From the NCBI GenBank assembly GCA_041665485.1, contig JBAYIT010000002.1:69867-133866 (forward strand): DNA of 64,000 nt. The letters are read 5' to 3'. Shown one piece after another: positions 10,220 to 20,787 of this stretch (positions are counted from its first letter, which is position 1; each line of letters opens with the position of its first letter). The position numbers and the translations under genes are program-made. Source of the DNA: Candidatus Shapirobacteria bacterium (GTDB lineage: Bacteria > Patescibacteriota > Microgenomatia > UBA12405). A model generated the notes under the pieces. That model did no database searches. It was not told where the DNA came from and saw nothing but the letters and a program-made list of their open reading frames with translations.

Positions 10220-11473
10220 TTAGATTGATTTCCATTCTAATATTGGAGCCATCATCCCCATTCTTCTATCAATCCAATAAGGAGAATTACTTAATCCTCC
10301 TTGGATTTCGAGATTTACCGTAGGACAATCGTTTGATAAACCAATAATCCAATCCCCCTTATTAAACTTTGCGGTTAAAACAATACGATATTCCCCCTGG
10401 TTTAAAAAATGTTTTGGAATCTTATTCAATAATCTAATTTTACCTTTCATAAATTTTGGCCAAGAATCTTCGTCTCCGTCGTAAGTAGTCGACACAAAAA
10501 CAACATTGTTATCCGCATCATAAATAACATTACTTAAATTTATATTCAGATCGTCTGCTTTACATTCACCTTCAATCTGAATCCAGATATCATCATCATT
10601 CCTAACTGGCATATCCCTCAACTGCCCCTTTTCATTTGTTATCGAATATCTTAATGGTATAAAATCACCCGCAAATTGCTTTTCCCTCTTTAACCATTCA
10701 GCATTTTTCTTACCGACACCTTCATTATTACTGTAAGAGTAGTTTTTAATAGCTTTTAATACATTATTTGTATCGTCTTTAATATTACCTTGATCTAAAA
10801 CAATTACTTTTTTACACAATTTTTCAATCGCCCCCATATTATGACTTACAAATAACACCGTTCTGCCTTCTTTCTTTGATACCTCATCCATCTTCCCTAA
10901 ACACTTTTTTTGAAATTGAGCATCACCAACCGCTAAAACCTCATCAACGATAAGGATGTCTGGTTCGAGGTTTGCCGCTATAGCAAAAGCTAATCGAACG
11001 TACATCCCCGAAGAATATCTCTTCACTGGAGTATCCAAAAACTTTTCAATTTCCGAGAAAGCCACAATTTCATCAAATTTCTTTCTTATTTCTTTCCGGC
11101 TTAATCCCAAAATTGCTCCATTTAAAAAGATGTTCTCTCTCCCTGTTAATTCTTGATTAAACCCTGTTCCTACTTCCAATAATGACGCCACCCGGCCATT
11201 CATCGTAATCTTTCCTGTTGTTGGAGGAGTGATTTGAGACAATATTTTGAGTAGAGTGCTTTTACCAGCTCCATTCCGCCCAATAATTCCCACCGCCTCT
11301 CCTCGCTTAACCTCAAAATTTACATCTTTTAACGCCCAAAATTCTTCAACCGCCTTTTTCTTATTAAAATTCCATAAATTAGCAATTTGATCACGCAAAG
11401 AATAATAAGGTTCTTTAGCACCTATCTGATATTTTTTTCCCAGATTCTCTACTTTTATTATCGTATCACTCAT
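10220..11473 (-). CDS. wzt: polysaccharide ABC exporter ATP-binding protein (Wzt/TagH-like) with C-terminal carbohydrate-binding domain
   Basis: Walker A GIIGRNGAGKSTLLKIL, ABC signature YSSGMYVRLAFA, and Walker B ILIVDE. An approximately 170-aa C-terminal extension is typical of Wzt glycan-binding domains. Confidence 0.85.
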   Translation of the reverse strand: MSDTIIKVENLGKKYQIGAKEPYYSLRDQIANLWNFNKKKAVEEFWALKDVNFEVKRGEAVGIIGRNGAGKSTLLKILSQITPPTTGKITMNGRVASLLEVGTGFNQELTGRENIFLNGAILGLSRKEIRKKFDEIVAFSEIEKFLDTPVKRYSSGMYVRLAFAIAANLEPDILIVDEVLAVGDAQFQKKCLGKMDEVSKKEGRTVLFVSHNMGAIEKLCKKVIVLDQGNIKDDTNNVLKAIKNYSYSNNEGVGKKNAEWLKREKQFAGDFIPLRYSITNEKGQLRDMPVRNDDDIWIQIEGECKADDLNINLSNVIYDADNNVVFVSTTYDGDEDSWPKFMKGKIRLLNKIPKHFLNQGEYRIVLTAKFNKGDWIIGLSNDCPTVNLEIQGGLSNSPYWIDRRMGMMAPILEWKSI

Positions 11474-12297
11474 AGTGTATCGGCAAGAAATCTCTCCGTC
11501 TTTCTAAAATAAGCTAATCCAAACATAAAAAATAAAACACTAATTCCAAAAGTCATCGCCAACAAATTGAAATCGATAATTCCATAGAGAAACCCACCTC
11601 TGGCCATAGTAATTACCCCCGCCATTGGATTTAAAAACGAAACCCACCTATAACTTTCCGGGATAATCGAAGAAGGATAAATTACTGGAGTAACATACAT
11701 TAACAATTGTATAAAAAACGGTAGTATATAACGAACATCGCGATATTTTGCATTAATCGAACCCAAAAATAATCCTACTCCCAAGGCAGTTAAAAAAGAA
11801 CAAAATAGTAATACTGGCAAAAGCAATATCCCAATAACACAAGGAACGTAACCAAAAATTAAACTTAATCCAAAAAAGATTATCAAAGAGAATCCAAAAT
11901 CAACCAATGGAGTTACCGCCGTCGACAACGGTAATAACAATCTCGGAAAATAAACCTTTTTAATAATATTTTCATTATCAACCAGGCAAGAACTTGCCGA
12001 AGATAAAGATGTTGAAAAGTAATTCCACAAAAGCAATCCAGTGTAAACAAAAATAGGGTAGGGAACACCCTCTGAAGGAATTTTTGCCAGGTTGCCAAAA
12101 AAAACCGTAAAAATTATCATCGTAAATAACGGTTGAAATATCGCCCAACCTACACCCAAAACTGTCTGTTTATAGCGCACTTTAACATCCCTCCACGCAA
12201 AAGTATATAAAAGCTCACGGTATCGCCACAATTCTCCCCAATCTAGACATACCAAATTCTTGGGTGGTGTAATTGTATATACATTATCTTTTGGCAT
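11470..12297 (-). CDS. wzm: polysaccharide ABC exporter permease (ABC-2 type, Wzm/TagG-like)
   Basis: 275 aa with 6 TM segments. Translationally coupled to wzt. The N-terminal cytoplasmic LWRYRELL..RDVKVRYKQTVLGVGWAI is typical of ABC-2 permeases. Confidence 0.8.
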   Translation of the reverse strand: MPKDNVYTITPPKNLVCLDWGELWRYRELLYTFAWRDVKVRYKQTVLGVGWAIFQPLFTMIIFTVFFGNLAKIPSEGVPYPIFVYTGLLLWNYFSTSLSSASSCLVDNENIIKKVYFPRLLLPLSTAVTPLVDFGFSLIIFFGLSLIFGYVPCVIGILLLPVLLFCSFLTALGVGLFLGSINAKYRDVRYILPFFIQLLMYVTPVIYPSSIIPESYRWVSFLNPMAGVITMARGGFLYGIIDFNLLAMTFGISVLFFMFGLAYFRKTERFLADTL

Positions 12298-12326
12298 CGT
12301 ATTCTTATTCTACTATGACTCATCAA

Positions 12327-13898
12327 CTATTTTATTATCTGGTCACAGCTAATTTTTATTCTATCGTCCATAAATGAAATAGTTATACATTTCTTCTCTT
12401 CAATCAACTCACCCGCAATAAAACCATCAAAAAAACCACTGCCACCTTTTTTTGATATATTGATTAAACTACCGCTTAAATCTCTTTCCAAAAAACTATC
12501 GTATTCCTCAACGCTTTTACCTCTCCACCTAAACCCTAAAACATTTTTTACCCCATAGGCTTCAATGAATCTCTTTATCGACAACACCGATTCATAATCT
12601 CCAGGATCGTCACTTTCGAACAATAGTATTTTTTCTTTATTTTTGTTAGCTTCAGTTACAATCATCTGAACCTTATCAGTAAACAACCTTGTCCTAACTG
12701 CATTATTTCTACCTGCTTCAACAATTACGCCATATCCTACCGTTTTAATCGCTAAAGCCATGGCTACCAACCAAACCAAAGTATATAAACTATCTAACCA
12801 CTTTCTTGTAAACAATATTTCTATCAACCGCTTACCCATATAAAAAATCACTGCCAGCAACATTGGCAACATCAATATCCCCGGATAATCATAACGTGAC
12901 AAAACCGGCCAGTTCCCATTATAAAAAAACACCTGACTACCAATCACAATTACTCCCAATATCACTGTTATTAACAGTATTTTTAAAACACTCCACCATT
13001 CTATCCAGTTTTTTTGGTTATTTCTGTAAATATATAAACTAACCGCTCCAAAGAAAACTGTTATTAAAGTAAAAACCATTTTTAAAAAAATTGGTATCTT
13101 GCCATAAACTCTTACTATCCAGTTTATTAAATTATTCAACCTTCCGCCTGTTTCCACCGAATTTCCGTAAAGATCATAACTATTAGTAGAAAAATATTTT
13201 AGTAACCCAAACCAAATCCACATCTCAAACCCTGTTAACACCAAAGCCACCACCAAAAGACACCAATCTTTATTTTTACCAGTCAATTTATACACTACTA
13301 GTCCCCAAATCGGTAACAATAAGATAAAGAAATTTTCTTTTGTTCCCAAAGCAATCAATCCTCCCACGAAAACACATCCATACCCTATACCACTCTTACC
13401 ACGCATCCACACCCAATACAAACCCATTAAAACCATCGAGGTTCCCAAAACTCCATAAATTTCTGCTGGCCCAAGCCTTGTCCAGATATCTGACCATCCA
13501 GGATATAACAAAGTTACTAGCACTATCCCGACAGCCATGCTTATACCTATCCATTTTTCTAGCAAATATATACCCGTAAACACCATAAATACAAAAAGGA
13601 TAAATTTACTCATATACCACAAAACTGGATTATTCCCCCATAAACTACACTCTATTAAATATACCAACCAAAATGATGGTCGGAAACGGTTCACTTTTCC
13701 GTACTGACCAACTTCAGTACCTAATATTATCCGAGGAATTTCAAACACCGATATTTTTCCATCGTTACCCAAAAACGTCATTATTGCATGATCATCGATC
13801 ACACCCCACTTAGCTCCAAGATTTACACCAATCAAACACCAGCCCACTACTAATGACAATAATAAAATCACCCCATTTTTAATAACCGATCTTTTCAT
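12327..13898 (-). CDS. polytopic membrane protein, probable GT-C fold glycosyltransferase with C-terminal soluble domain
   Basis: 523 aa with more than 10 TM segments followed by an approximately 120-aa hydrophilic C-terminal domain. Sits in an operon with GT2/GT-C pairs. No definitive motif. Confidence 0.4.
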   Translation of the reverse strand: MKRSVIKNGVILLLSLVVGWCLIGVNLGAKWGVIDDHAIMTFLGNDGKISVFEIPRIILGTEVGQYGKVNRFRPSFWLVYLIECSLWGNNPVLWYMSKFILFVFMVFTGIYLLEKWIGISMAVGIVLVTLLYPGWSDIWTRLGPAEIYGVLGTSMVLMGLYWVWMRGKSGIGYGCVFVGGLIALGTKENFFILLLPIWGLVVYKLTGKNKDWCLLVVALVLTGFEMWIWFGLLKYFSTNSYDLYGNSVETGGRLNNLINWIVRVYGKIPIFLKMVFTLITVFFGAVSLYIYRNNQKNWIEWWSVLKILLITVILGVIVIGSQVFFYNGNWPVLSRYDYPGILMLPMLLAVIFYMGKRLIEILFTRKWLDSLYTLVWLVAMALAIKTVGYGVIVEAGRNNAVRTRLFTDKVQMIVTEANKNKEKILLFESDDPGDYESVLSIKRFIEAYGVKNVLGFRWRGKSVEEYDSFLERDLSGSLINISKKGGSGFFDGFIAGELIEEKKCITISFMDDRIKISCDQIIK

Positions 13899-15574
13899 CT
13901 AACCCCTAGATCATAAACTTCAACATAATAACCATTATACCCGATCCTTTCTTGCTTCCCGATAGAATAATTCTTCAAAATATTTTCCATAACCTCACTC
14001 TTTTCCGCCAACCAAGGAACATGAATATATTTAAATGACCTCAATCCACCAGCGTCATCCAACCCACCCAAAATTTTAATATCCTCAAAAAGGTATTCTG
14101 ACCCACTATCTCCGTAAACTATACTATCACCAATCAATTTATTGATTTTTTTAGCTAATTTATCAACAAACACAAACTCAGTGTTATACACCAATCCATC
14201 ATAGTACCCAAATATCGCTGAACTTCGACTATTCAATGAATTACCTCCAAATAATCTCTTGGGTAAAATGTCTATTGATCGAAAAATCTGCCCCAAGAAC
14301 AAAATTGATATTATTGGCAACATTATTCTAATTCTTTTTCCGTCTTTTACTAAATAATTAAATGCTAAACCGAAAAATAATGTTGTAAAAAATACCAAGG
14401 GAACCATATATCTAGCAAAAGTCATTGTAATAAATGTCAGATTAAAAATTAGTAGGCTTACAAAAACAAAAAGGATTACTATAAATTCCTGAAGTTTCTT
14501 ATTTGTCACAAATGAATTAAATTTAATTTCTTTTCTGACAATAAATTTTAATAATACCAATAAAGTAACCGCCGATAATATCCATGAAAAATTTAGCCCA
14601 AAAATCTGAAACAATCTGGTGATTACATTACCCTTTTCCAAACCAAAACAAAAAAGACAGCTATTATTCCACTGAAGTTCCAATTTACCACCCCCAATAA
14701 TTCCATTACTCCAAAAGTTCCCTTTGAAATAAAACCAGTATCCTATCATTAACGCCACTGGCAAAAATATTACCAATAACTTCCACAAATCATTTCTCAC
14801 CACCATTTTTCTTAGATAATTCACCCCAAATATAACTATATTAATTCCCAAAAAAGATAAGTAAATCAACCAACCGGTTTCTTTCGAGAAAATTATCAGT
14901 CCTGAATAAACAATAAAATAAATATATTTCTTGTACAGCCAACTTTCAAACATTAGTACTGTAAAAATAAGCACCGGAAAGTCGATATTAAAACTTATTG
15001 ATGTGGCAATACTCAAAGGATTTAAAGCAAAAATTAGAGTAATCCACAAATTAACAGATTTTCTCTTATTATTAAAATAATTTAAAATTTCATGAAAAGC
15101 CTTAATTGCTAACAATGACAAACACAAATTCCCAACACTTAACCAAATTTTGCTCTCACCCCCAAAAAATTGAGTTATTGCCATTAGGCCTGAATAACCC
15201 ATCGAAGAGTGTCCCAACCAATTGAAATTTGGTAAAAAAGTGTTTATCGTCAAGTCAAAGGACTCAATACTTGAATGTAATAACCTCCAATACCATCCAG
15301 CATCCCATCTTTGGGTGTAATTCAAAAAAGGGATTTGGATTAAACTTCTAATCACTAAAATTACGATTATTCCCAAATTGCCCCTAATATATTTTTTTTG
15401 AATCTTTTTTATTTTCATCATCACAACCACTACTGAAACAACGTTTGAAATCCCAATTAAAATCCAAAACAATAATCCGCGCTCAACCAATCTGACCTTT
15501 TCCAAAGCAAAAGCACTATCAATAAATATCGTCAAAGACACTAAAACATTTGCAATCTGGCTCAAAATTACCAC
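13895..15574 (-). CDS. polytopic membrane protein, possible GT-C glycosyltransferase
   Basis: 559 aa, many TM segments. A QRWDAGWYWRL loop follows TM1. A 4-nt overlap couples it to the neighbouring genes. Confidence 0.4.
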   Translation of the reverse strand: MVILSQIANVLVSLTIFIDSAFALEKVRLVERGLLFWILIGISNVVSVVVVMMKIKKIQKKYIRGNLGIIVILVIRSLIQIPFLNYTQRWDAGWYWRLLHSSIESFDLTINTFLPNFNWLGHSSMGYSGLMAITQFFGGESKIWLSVGNLCLSLLAIKAFHEILNYFNNKRKSVNLWITLIFALNPLSIATSISFNIDFPVLIFTVLMFESWLYKKYIYFIVYSGLIIFSKETGWLIYLSFLGINIVIFGVNYLRKMVVRNDLWKLLVIFLPVALMIGYWFYFKGNFWSNGIIGGGKLELQWNNSCLFCFGLEKGNVITRLFQIFGLNFSWILSAVTLLVLLKFIVRKEIKFNSFVTNKKLQEFIVILFVFVSLLIFNLTFITMTFARYMVPLVFFTTLFFGLAFNYLVKDGKRIRIMLPIISILFLGQIFRSIDILPKRLFGGNSLNSRSSAIFGYYDGLVYNTEFVFVDKLAKKINKLIGDSIVYGDSGSEYLFEDIKILGGLDDAGGLRSFKYIHVPWLAEKSEVMENILKNYSIGKQERIGYNGYYVEVYDLGVR

Positions 15575-17412
15575 TTAGTTATCTTATATAAACAGTAACT
15601 ATCAAAACAAACTTCTTTTGTGGAATTTTTTAACAAATAATCTTCGAAGACAAGCCGAGGCGGAGCCCAATCTTTCCATGTATAACTATTTAAAAAACTA
15701 TTCTTTAGTTCATAATCAATCGTAAAATATTGTATTTTCTTAACTTTCAAAAATTTTGTATATCCCAAACTTTCTCCCGGAACTTCAGTAGAGTACTTAT
15801 TATTATTTACTAAATAATACTTCGCATTATGATTCCAATAATTAAGCACTACAGTGTTTTCAAAATTCTGATTAATATAGTCAGTTACTAAATATGATTT
15901 TCCCATAACTCTGGAAAGATATTCTTTTCTTTCCATTAATCCAAACATTGTCATATTTTCTGAAAGTTTCACAATCGTTAAATTCGCCAACACTTTAGTT
16001 ATACTCAACGGTCTCAACCTATAAACAAAAAATACGATCATAATTATCGCCAATACACTTGTAATTTTCTTACTCAATTTACTTAAAGTAATACTAGCCA
16101 ATATAATTATTACCACCAAAGTTGATAATAAAAATCTAGTCTGATGTGTTATCCAGAAAAACCATATTATCAAATTTACCATCACCACAAGGGACAACAT
16201 CTTTACTTCCATTCGTTTCTGTTGCCCAAAACCTCCAACAAGTGCCAACAAAAAAGCCAACCCCACCACCATTCCTCTAATATGTAAATTATCCCGAATA
16301 AAAGAGTTGTATGGAATCAACAAAAAATTCAACAAATTCCTCTCTCGAACAAATCCTTTAACCGCTCTATCAATTAAATACATTTCTGAATCTGGCAAAC
16401 CTTTATGACCAAAAAAATATGGATATATTGGATTCCCTAATTGAACAAAATTTTTGACATACCAAAACCCACCCATCGCCAAAGCTGCCATAATTGCCAA
16501 AATAGCCTTTTGAATTATCTGTCGTAAACATTCCTTATTTTTCAGAAGATAGTATGTTCCCAATATTAAAACGTATATCGGAATTGTATAAATTGCCGAA
16601 TACTTAATTGATAAACTCAAGCCCCATAATCCTCCAGTCAAAATTAAAAATTTATTTTCTTTTTTCTCAACCCACCACAACATCATAAACAATCCAATAA
16701 CCTCCGTACTCACGGCAGCGGCATCAATATAACCACTAACCGCGTTATCAATTAATTCCACTAGAAAAAACAAAGAAATCCCAGAAAACAACCCTGATCG
16801 TAAACCATACCTCCTCTTTACAAAAGCAACGACAAAAACCACCAACGAAACAAATACAGTATAGTGGAGTGCGTGCATTAAAGAAGTTCCCTGTAGAGCC
16901 AATCCAAAAGCATAAAGTACTTCCATTGAGGCTGGTAAGTTTCCATAAAACAAACCACCAACCAACGGTAGTTTTAACTTACTGTCGTCGACTATTCTAC
17001 TAACTTCTGGTAAATGGTATGCCAATTCATCCCATGCGTGGGGAGGCATAAAACAAACAGTGTAATTTAAAAAAACTAAAATCCCCAACAAATACCACTT
17101 AACATTCCCCACCGTCAATATTTTCCTTATCTTAAAACTATTTTTTAATTCTTTAAATTCAAAAATTAGAACTATTATTCCCAATAAACCAAGATAAAAC
17201 CACAAATACAGCTTTGTAAACCAACCCATTAATCCGATAAATATTAATCCATTAACAAAGAAACCTAATCCGATTAGATATGACAACACCAAATATTCGG
17301 GCTCAAACTCAATTTTGCACTTTATCTTTTCTAAAATTAACTTCCCTAAATTACTTGTAATCAATACAAAAAAAACTAAAAAGAGTGTTACCCAAGCCAG
17401 TTCACTTAACAT
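15568..17412 (-). CDS. GT-C fold membrane glycosyltransferase (ArnT/PMT-like, GT39/GT83 family)
   Basis: 614 aa with more than 11 TM segments. The first extracytoplasmic loop carries the conserved acidic motif PHAWDELAYHLPE (DE motif of the PMT/ArnT family). Confidence 0.65.
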   Translation of the reverse strand: MLSELAWVTLFLVFFVLITSNLGKLILEKIKCKIEFEPEYLVLSYLIGLGFFVNGLIFIGLMGWFTKLYLWFYLGLLGIIVLIFEFKELKNSFKIRKILTVGNVKWYLLGILVFLNYTVCFMPPHAWDELAYHLPEVSRIVDDSKLKLPLVGGLFYGNLPASMEVLYAFGLALQGTSLMHALHYTVFVSLVVFVVAFVKRRYGLRSGLFSGISLFFLVELIDNAVSGYIDAAAVSTEVIGLFMMLWWVEKKENKFLILTGGLWGLSLSIKYSAIYTIPIYVLILGTYYLLKNKECLRQIIQKAILAIMAALAMGGFWYVKNFVQLGNPIYPYFFGHKGLPDSEMYLIDRAVKGFVRERNLLNFLLIPYNSFIRDNLHIRGMVVGLAFLLALVGGFGQQKRMEVKMLSLVVMVNLIIWFFWITHQTRFLLSTLVVIIILASITLSKLSKKITSVLAIIMIVFFVYRLRPLSITKVLANLTIVKLSENMTMFGLMERKEYLSRVMGKSYLVTDYINQNFENTVVLNYWNHNAKYYLVNNNKYSTEVPGESLGYTKFLKVKKIQYFTIDYELKNSFLNSYTWKDWAPPRLVFEDYLLKNSTKEVCFDSYCLYKITKW

Positions 17413-17746
17413 TTTTTACGACCTTCTTAATTGCCATTTCCGAAACCAACTTAGCAATTTGTTTTTGCAATCGATTTATCCTGATATGATTTTCAAACAT
17501 CACATAAGCCAAAATTATCAAAGCCATTACGTTACCGAGATCAAACAAACGAATGAAGAACAGTTCTTTAACCAAGGGCTCTAAATATTTTGGAAAAGAG
17601 GTAATAAACAACAATCCACCCCAGACAGTAACCCACACCATTGCCCCTTTAGCCCCAATTTCCTTTTTCTTCCAATACAAATAAACATTGTAAAGCATGA
17701 AAAAAGAAAAAATAAAGGCAATTAATTGAACTCCCAATATATTCAT
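17402..17746 (-). CDS. small membrane protein co-transcribed with a GT2 (GtrA-like/DUF2304-like role)
   Basis: 114 aa with 2-3 TM segments and a basic C-terminal tail. It lies immediately downstream of a DPM1-like GT2, as in Gtr cassettes. Confidence 0.4.
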   Translation of the reverse strand: MNILGVQLIAFIFSFFMLYNVYLYWKKKEIGAKGAMVWVTVWGGLLFITSFPKYLEPLVKELFFIRLFDLGNVMALIILAYVMFENHIRINRLQKQIAKLVSEMAIKKVVKNVK

Positions 17747-17748
17747 AA

Positions 17749-18420
17749 TTATTTTATGAAGAACCAGTAGGGGATTTGGGTTAAAATTTTCATCGCATCA
17801 AAAAGCGACACCCCTTTGTACTTATCAATGTAAATTGTATCAACCTTTAGTTCCTTAAAGGCAATTTTATTTTTCCCCACCTTGGTTGCCATTTCCGTTT
17901 CAATCCCATACCGCGTCGAATTCCATTTAATTATTTCGTAAACCTCCTTTCTAAACCCCAGATAACCACAAAGTAGATCTTTTTTCTTAATTCCAAATAA
18001 AACATTAACTAAGTGGGCCGCAAAAATATTCCCCAACTTTCTGATTAGGGGCATTCCCTTATTTAACTCTCTGTACCCAAAAACTACCGGGTAGTCAGCC
18101 AGACATTTCCTAAATTCGGGAATGTATCTCGGGTTATGTTGGCCATCGGCATCTAGAAATAACACCGCTTGAGCCCCTTTTATAAAGGCGTATTTTGCCC
18201 CGGTCTTCATTGCTGCTCCCTTGCCTAAATTAATCGCGTGCCTTAATAGCGAAATCTGATGTTCTCCGGCAAAACTCTTGGTTAATAATTCAAAAGAATT
18301 ATCAGCCGACCCGTCATCAACCACCACCACCTCACCGTCATGTATCTTCAAAACTGCTTCAACCGTATTTACCGCCCTCTTTCCTTCGTTATATACCGGA
18401 ATAATTATTGTTAAATTCAT
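17749..18420 (-). CDS. glycosyltransferase family 2, polyprenyl-phosphate sugar synthase-like (DPM1/GtrB-like)
   Basis: 223 aa. LTIIIPVYNEGKRAVNTVEAV...VVVVDDGSADNS and DADGQH are GT2 DxD/DAD motifs. The small size is typical of GtrB/DPM1-like enzymes. Confidence 0.7.
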   Translation of the reverse strand: MNLTIIIPVYNEGKRAVNTVEAVLKIHDGEVVVVDDGSADNSFELLTKSFAGEHQISLLRHAINLGKGAAMKTGAKYAFIKGAQAVLFLDADGQHNPRYIPEFRKCLADYPVVFGYRELNKGMPLIRKLGNIFAAHLVNVLFGIKKKDLLCGYLGFRKEVYEIIKWNSTRYGIETEMATKVGKNKIAFKELKVDTIYIDKYKGVSLFDAMKILTQIPYWFFIK

Positions 18421-20081
18421 TTGTTGTCAAAATATACCCACTCCATTTGCGGTTGTCCATTAGTAACTTTAATTGTCAATATATCAGCGTAATCTTTTGA
18501 ATCAACTAGCAGGGGAGTCAACTTTAAACAAAGCCAATCTTCACCAACCACTATCGGCTTAAACTCTAAAATCATTTGTCTTTCTCCCTGAACATCCCAA
18601 GGCTTTAAATAACCATGTCTATATATTTTTTTACACTCACTATTCATTATCTGATACCGATAGGGGACTATTATCTTTTTGTTTCTGTTATCCAAGTTTA
18701 ACGCCAACCCAGAAATATTTTTCTCCGCCACCTCTTTTAATAAATTTGTTTCTTTGTCGATCAATAATAACTTATCTGCCGGCATTTTTAACTCTAATTT
18801 ATTTACTGTATTTCCCGACCAATCAAAATACCGATTCCATAAACTATTTCCCATATTTACTAACACCCCAACTAAAAGTAACCCTAATAATATGTTTTTA
18901 AAATAAACCATCAATCCACTAATTAGCACCAACCACAATGGCACCAACGGCAGCCAGTAACGCCCCTGTATTCCCTCCACACTACTATTCCCTGGGTAAG
19001 ACCACATCAGATACATCACCAAAGTTGTCAAAAAAGTTACTAAAAATATCACCCCACCGATTACCACCAATTCACTTAATTTGATTTTATTCTTTAAGTC
19101 TTTGGCCAGTCTAGCCACCACAAAAACCGCCAATATTACAAATGCAAAATATAAATAATTATTTATCATCGGCATATTTCTCCAACCCATTACCCCAACC
19201 ATTTCCTCAAAATGGGGCAAGAATTTTTCTACCCAAGTATCTTTAACTACTTCCAAGAAATATATTAGATCATTTTTGATTACTTCAAGCTGTAATTTCG
19301 GATTAACAAAAGTCGGATAATTATTTTCTCCTTTGCCCAATTTTCCCGTTCCTAAAACCATCACTGTTACCAGTCCAATTACTATAATTTTTCGTCTGTC
19401 TAACCCAAACAGTAGTATTAACGGCAAATAAACCGGCTTAATTATGCTAATTAGCAATACTATTGCATAAGCCAGCCAACCTCTGTGCTTACTAAACCAC
19501 AAGGCTGTTAGTGGCAACACTGAACCCAAAATTACCACGTCATAGCTATAGGCTGTAGCCTGATGGACCACCATTGGCATTAGAGCGTAAAACCAGAGCA
19601 AATATTCAAATTTTTTATTAATTATTTTTAGCCCAATCTTAAGCATTAAAAGCAAAAACAAAAATCCAAACAATCTACCGGCATAAAAAATCACTGCCGG
19701 CTGATTAGTCCAACTCGTAAGCCATACACCAAGAGAATTAGGAATATAACCTAAAAAGTTCAAACCACACCCTCCAATATTCACTGTTTCTTTTAAATCA
19801 TCTTTCGTCCAACTTCTATTAAAATCAATCAAACCAAGCGGAAATTTTTGGTTTTCCAGTAGCACTTTCTCGAAATTAAAACTTTTTTGTACATCTTCGT
19901 AAACCTTAGGAATAATAAAATGGCCATTTCGACAAAATAATTGCCCGGAACTTAAAGCCACCGCTCTCGTAAAATGAGCCGTCTCATCAAACTTTTGAAA
20001 CGGCGGTAAACCAAGGGTCAACAACAATCCTTCCGCCAAGAGAAAAACCACCAAAAACAATCTCATTATTTTTCTAAACAT
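18417..20081 (-). CDS. GT-C fold membrane glycosyltransferase (ArnT/PMT-like)
   Basis: 554 aa, polytopic. Loop 1 contains FQKFDETAHFTRAVALSSG, a DE..H..R motif as in PMT_2/ArnT-like enzymes. A large C-terminal periplasmic domain is present. Confidence 0.5.
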   Translation of the reverse strand: MFRKIMRLFLVVFLLAEGLLLTLGLPPFQKFDETAHFTRAVALSSGQLFCRNGHFIIPKVYEDVQKSFNFEKVLLENQKFPLGLIDFNRSWTKDDLKETVNIGGCGLNFLGYIPNSLGVWLTSWTNQPAVIFYAGRLFGFLFLLLMLKIGLKIINKKFEYLLWFYALMPMVVHQATAYSYDVVILGSVLPLTALWFSKHRGWLAYAIVLLISIIKPVYLPLILLFGLDRRKIIVIGLVTVMVLGTGKLGKGENNYPTFVNPKLQLEVIKNDLIYFLEVVKDTWVEKFLPHFEEMVGVMGWRNMPMINNYLYFAFVILAVFVVARLAKDLKNKIKLSELVVIGGVIFLVTFLTTLVMYLMWSYPGNSSVEGIQGRYWLPLVPLWLVLISGLMVYFKNILLGLLLVGVLVNMGNSLWNRYFDWSGNTVNKLELKMPADKLLLIDKETNLLKEVAEKNISGLALNLDNRNKKIIVPYRYQIMNSECKKIYRHGYLKPWDVQGERQMILEFKPIVVGEDWLCLKLTPLLVDSKDYADILTIKVTNGQPQMEWVYFDNK

Positions 20082-20787
20082 TAATTTTATTTTTCACCAA
20101 CATCCACACCGCCTCCCAAAAGTCTTTAAGTTTAATTTTTTTACCCTGTTGTTTATTGCGCGGGTTGTAACTAATCGGCACCTCATATATTTTTTCTCCG
20201 CTTTTTAAAATCTTGGCAGTTACCTCCGGGCAAAATTCAAATCTTTTTGATTCAAGCTTTATCGACTTTAATAATTTTGTTTCAAACATTTTATAACAAG
20301 TTGGCTCATCAGTGATATTTCCACCATACAAAAGATTGGTCAACAAAGTTAATACTTGGCCTCCCAAATAAAAACCAATTCCTGAATAATGGTTTTTTCG
20401 ACCCCCAAGTTGTCTTGAACCATAAACCACCCTCACCTTATTCTCCATCATTTTAGCTAACATTGTCTTGAAATCGTTTGGATCATACTCTAAATCTCCA
20501 TCCTGAACTACTGCCACGTCGCCTGTCATTTTTTTAAACCCAGTTCTCAAAGCCATGCTTTTGCCTTGATTCTTAAGGTGATTAACCAAAACAATTGGCA
20601 ATTTTTTTGACTTAATTATTTTTCCTAATTTATCCCCGGTACCGTCAGTTGACCCGTCGTTAACCACAATTATTTCTTTCTTTATTTCTCCCAAATCCAC
20701 ATCCGCCACTCTCTTAATAATCTTTTCAATCGTATTCTCTTCGTTATATACCGGAATAACTATCGATAATCTTTTTATTGATTTCAT
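20074..20787 (-). CDS. glycosyltransferase family 2, dolichyl/polyprenyl-phosphate hexosyltransferase-like (DPM1/GtrB-like)
   Basis: 237 aa. LSIVIPVYNEENTIEKII...IIVVNDGSTDGT and VQDGDLEYDP are GT2 motifs. Confidence 0.75.
   Translation of the reverse strand: MKSIKRLSIVIPVYNEENTIEKIIKRVADVDLGEIKKEIIVVNDGSTDGTGDKLGKIIKSKKLPIVLVNHLKNQGKSMALRTGFKKMTGDVAVVQDGDLEYDPNDFKTMLAKMMENKVRVVYGSRQLGGRKNHYSGIGFYLGGQVLTLLTNLLYGGNITDEPTCYKMFETKLLKSIKLESKRFEFCPEVTAKILKSGEKIYEVPISYNPRNKQQGKKIKLKDFWEAVWMLVKNKINV

Noticed and set aside
17402-17746. Confident GtrA annotation for the 114-aa membrane protein
   Set aside because: GtrA-family proteins normally have 4 TM helices. This ORF appears to have 2-3 and a basic tail, so it is kept as a generic small membrane protein with a GtrA-like position.
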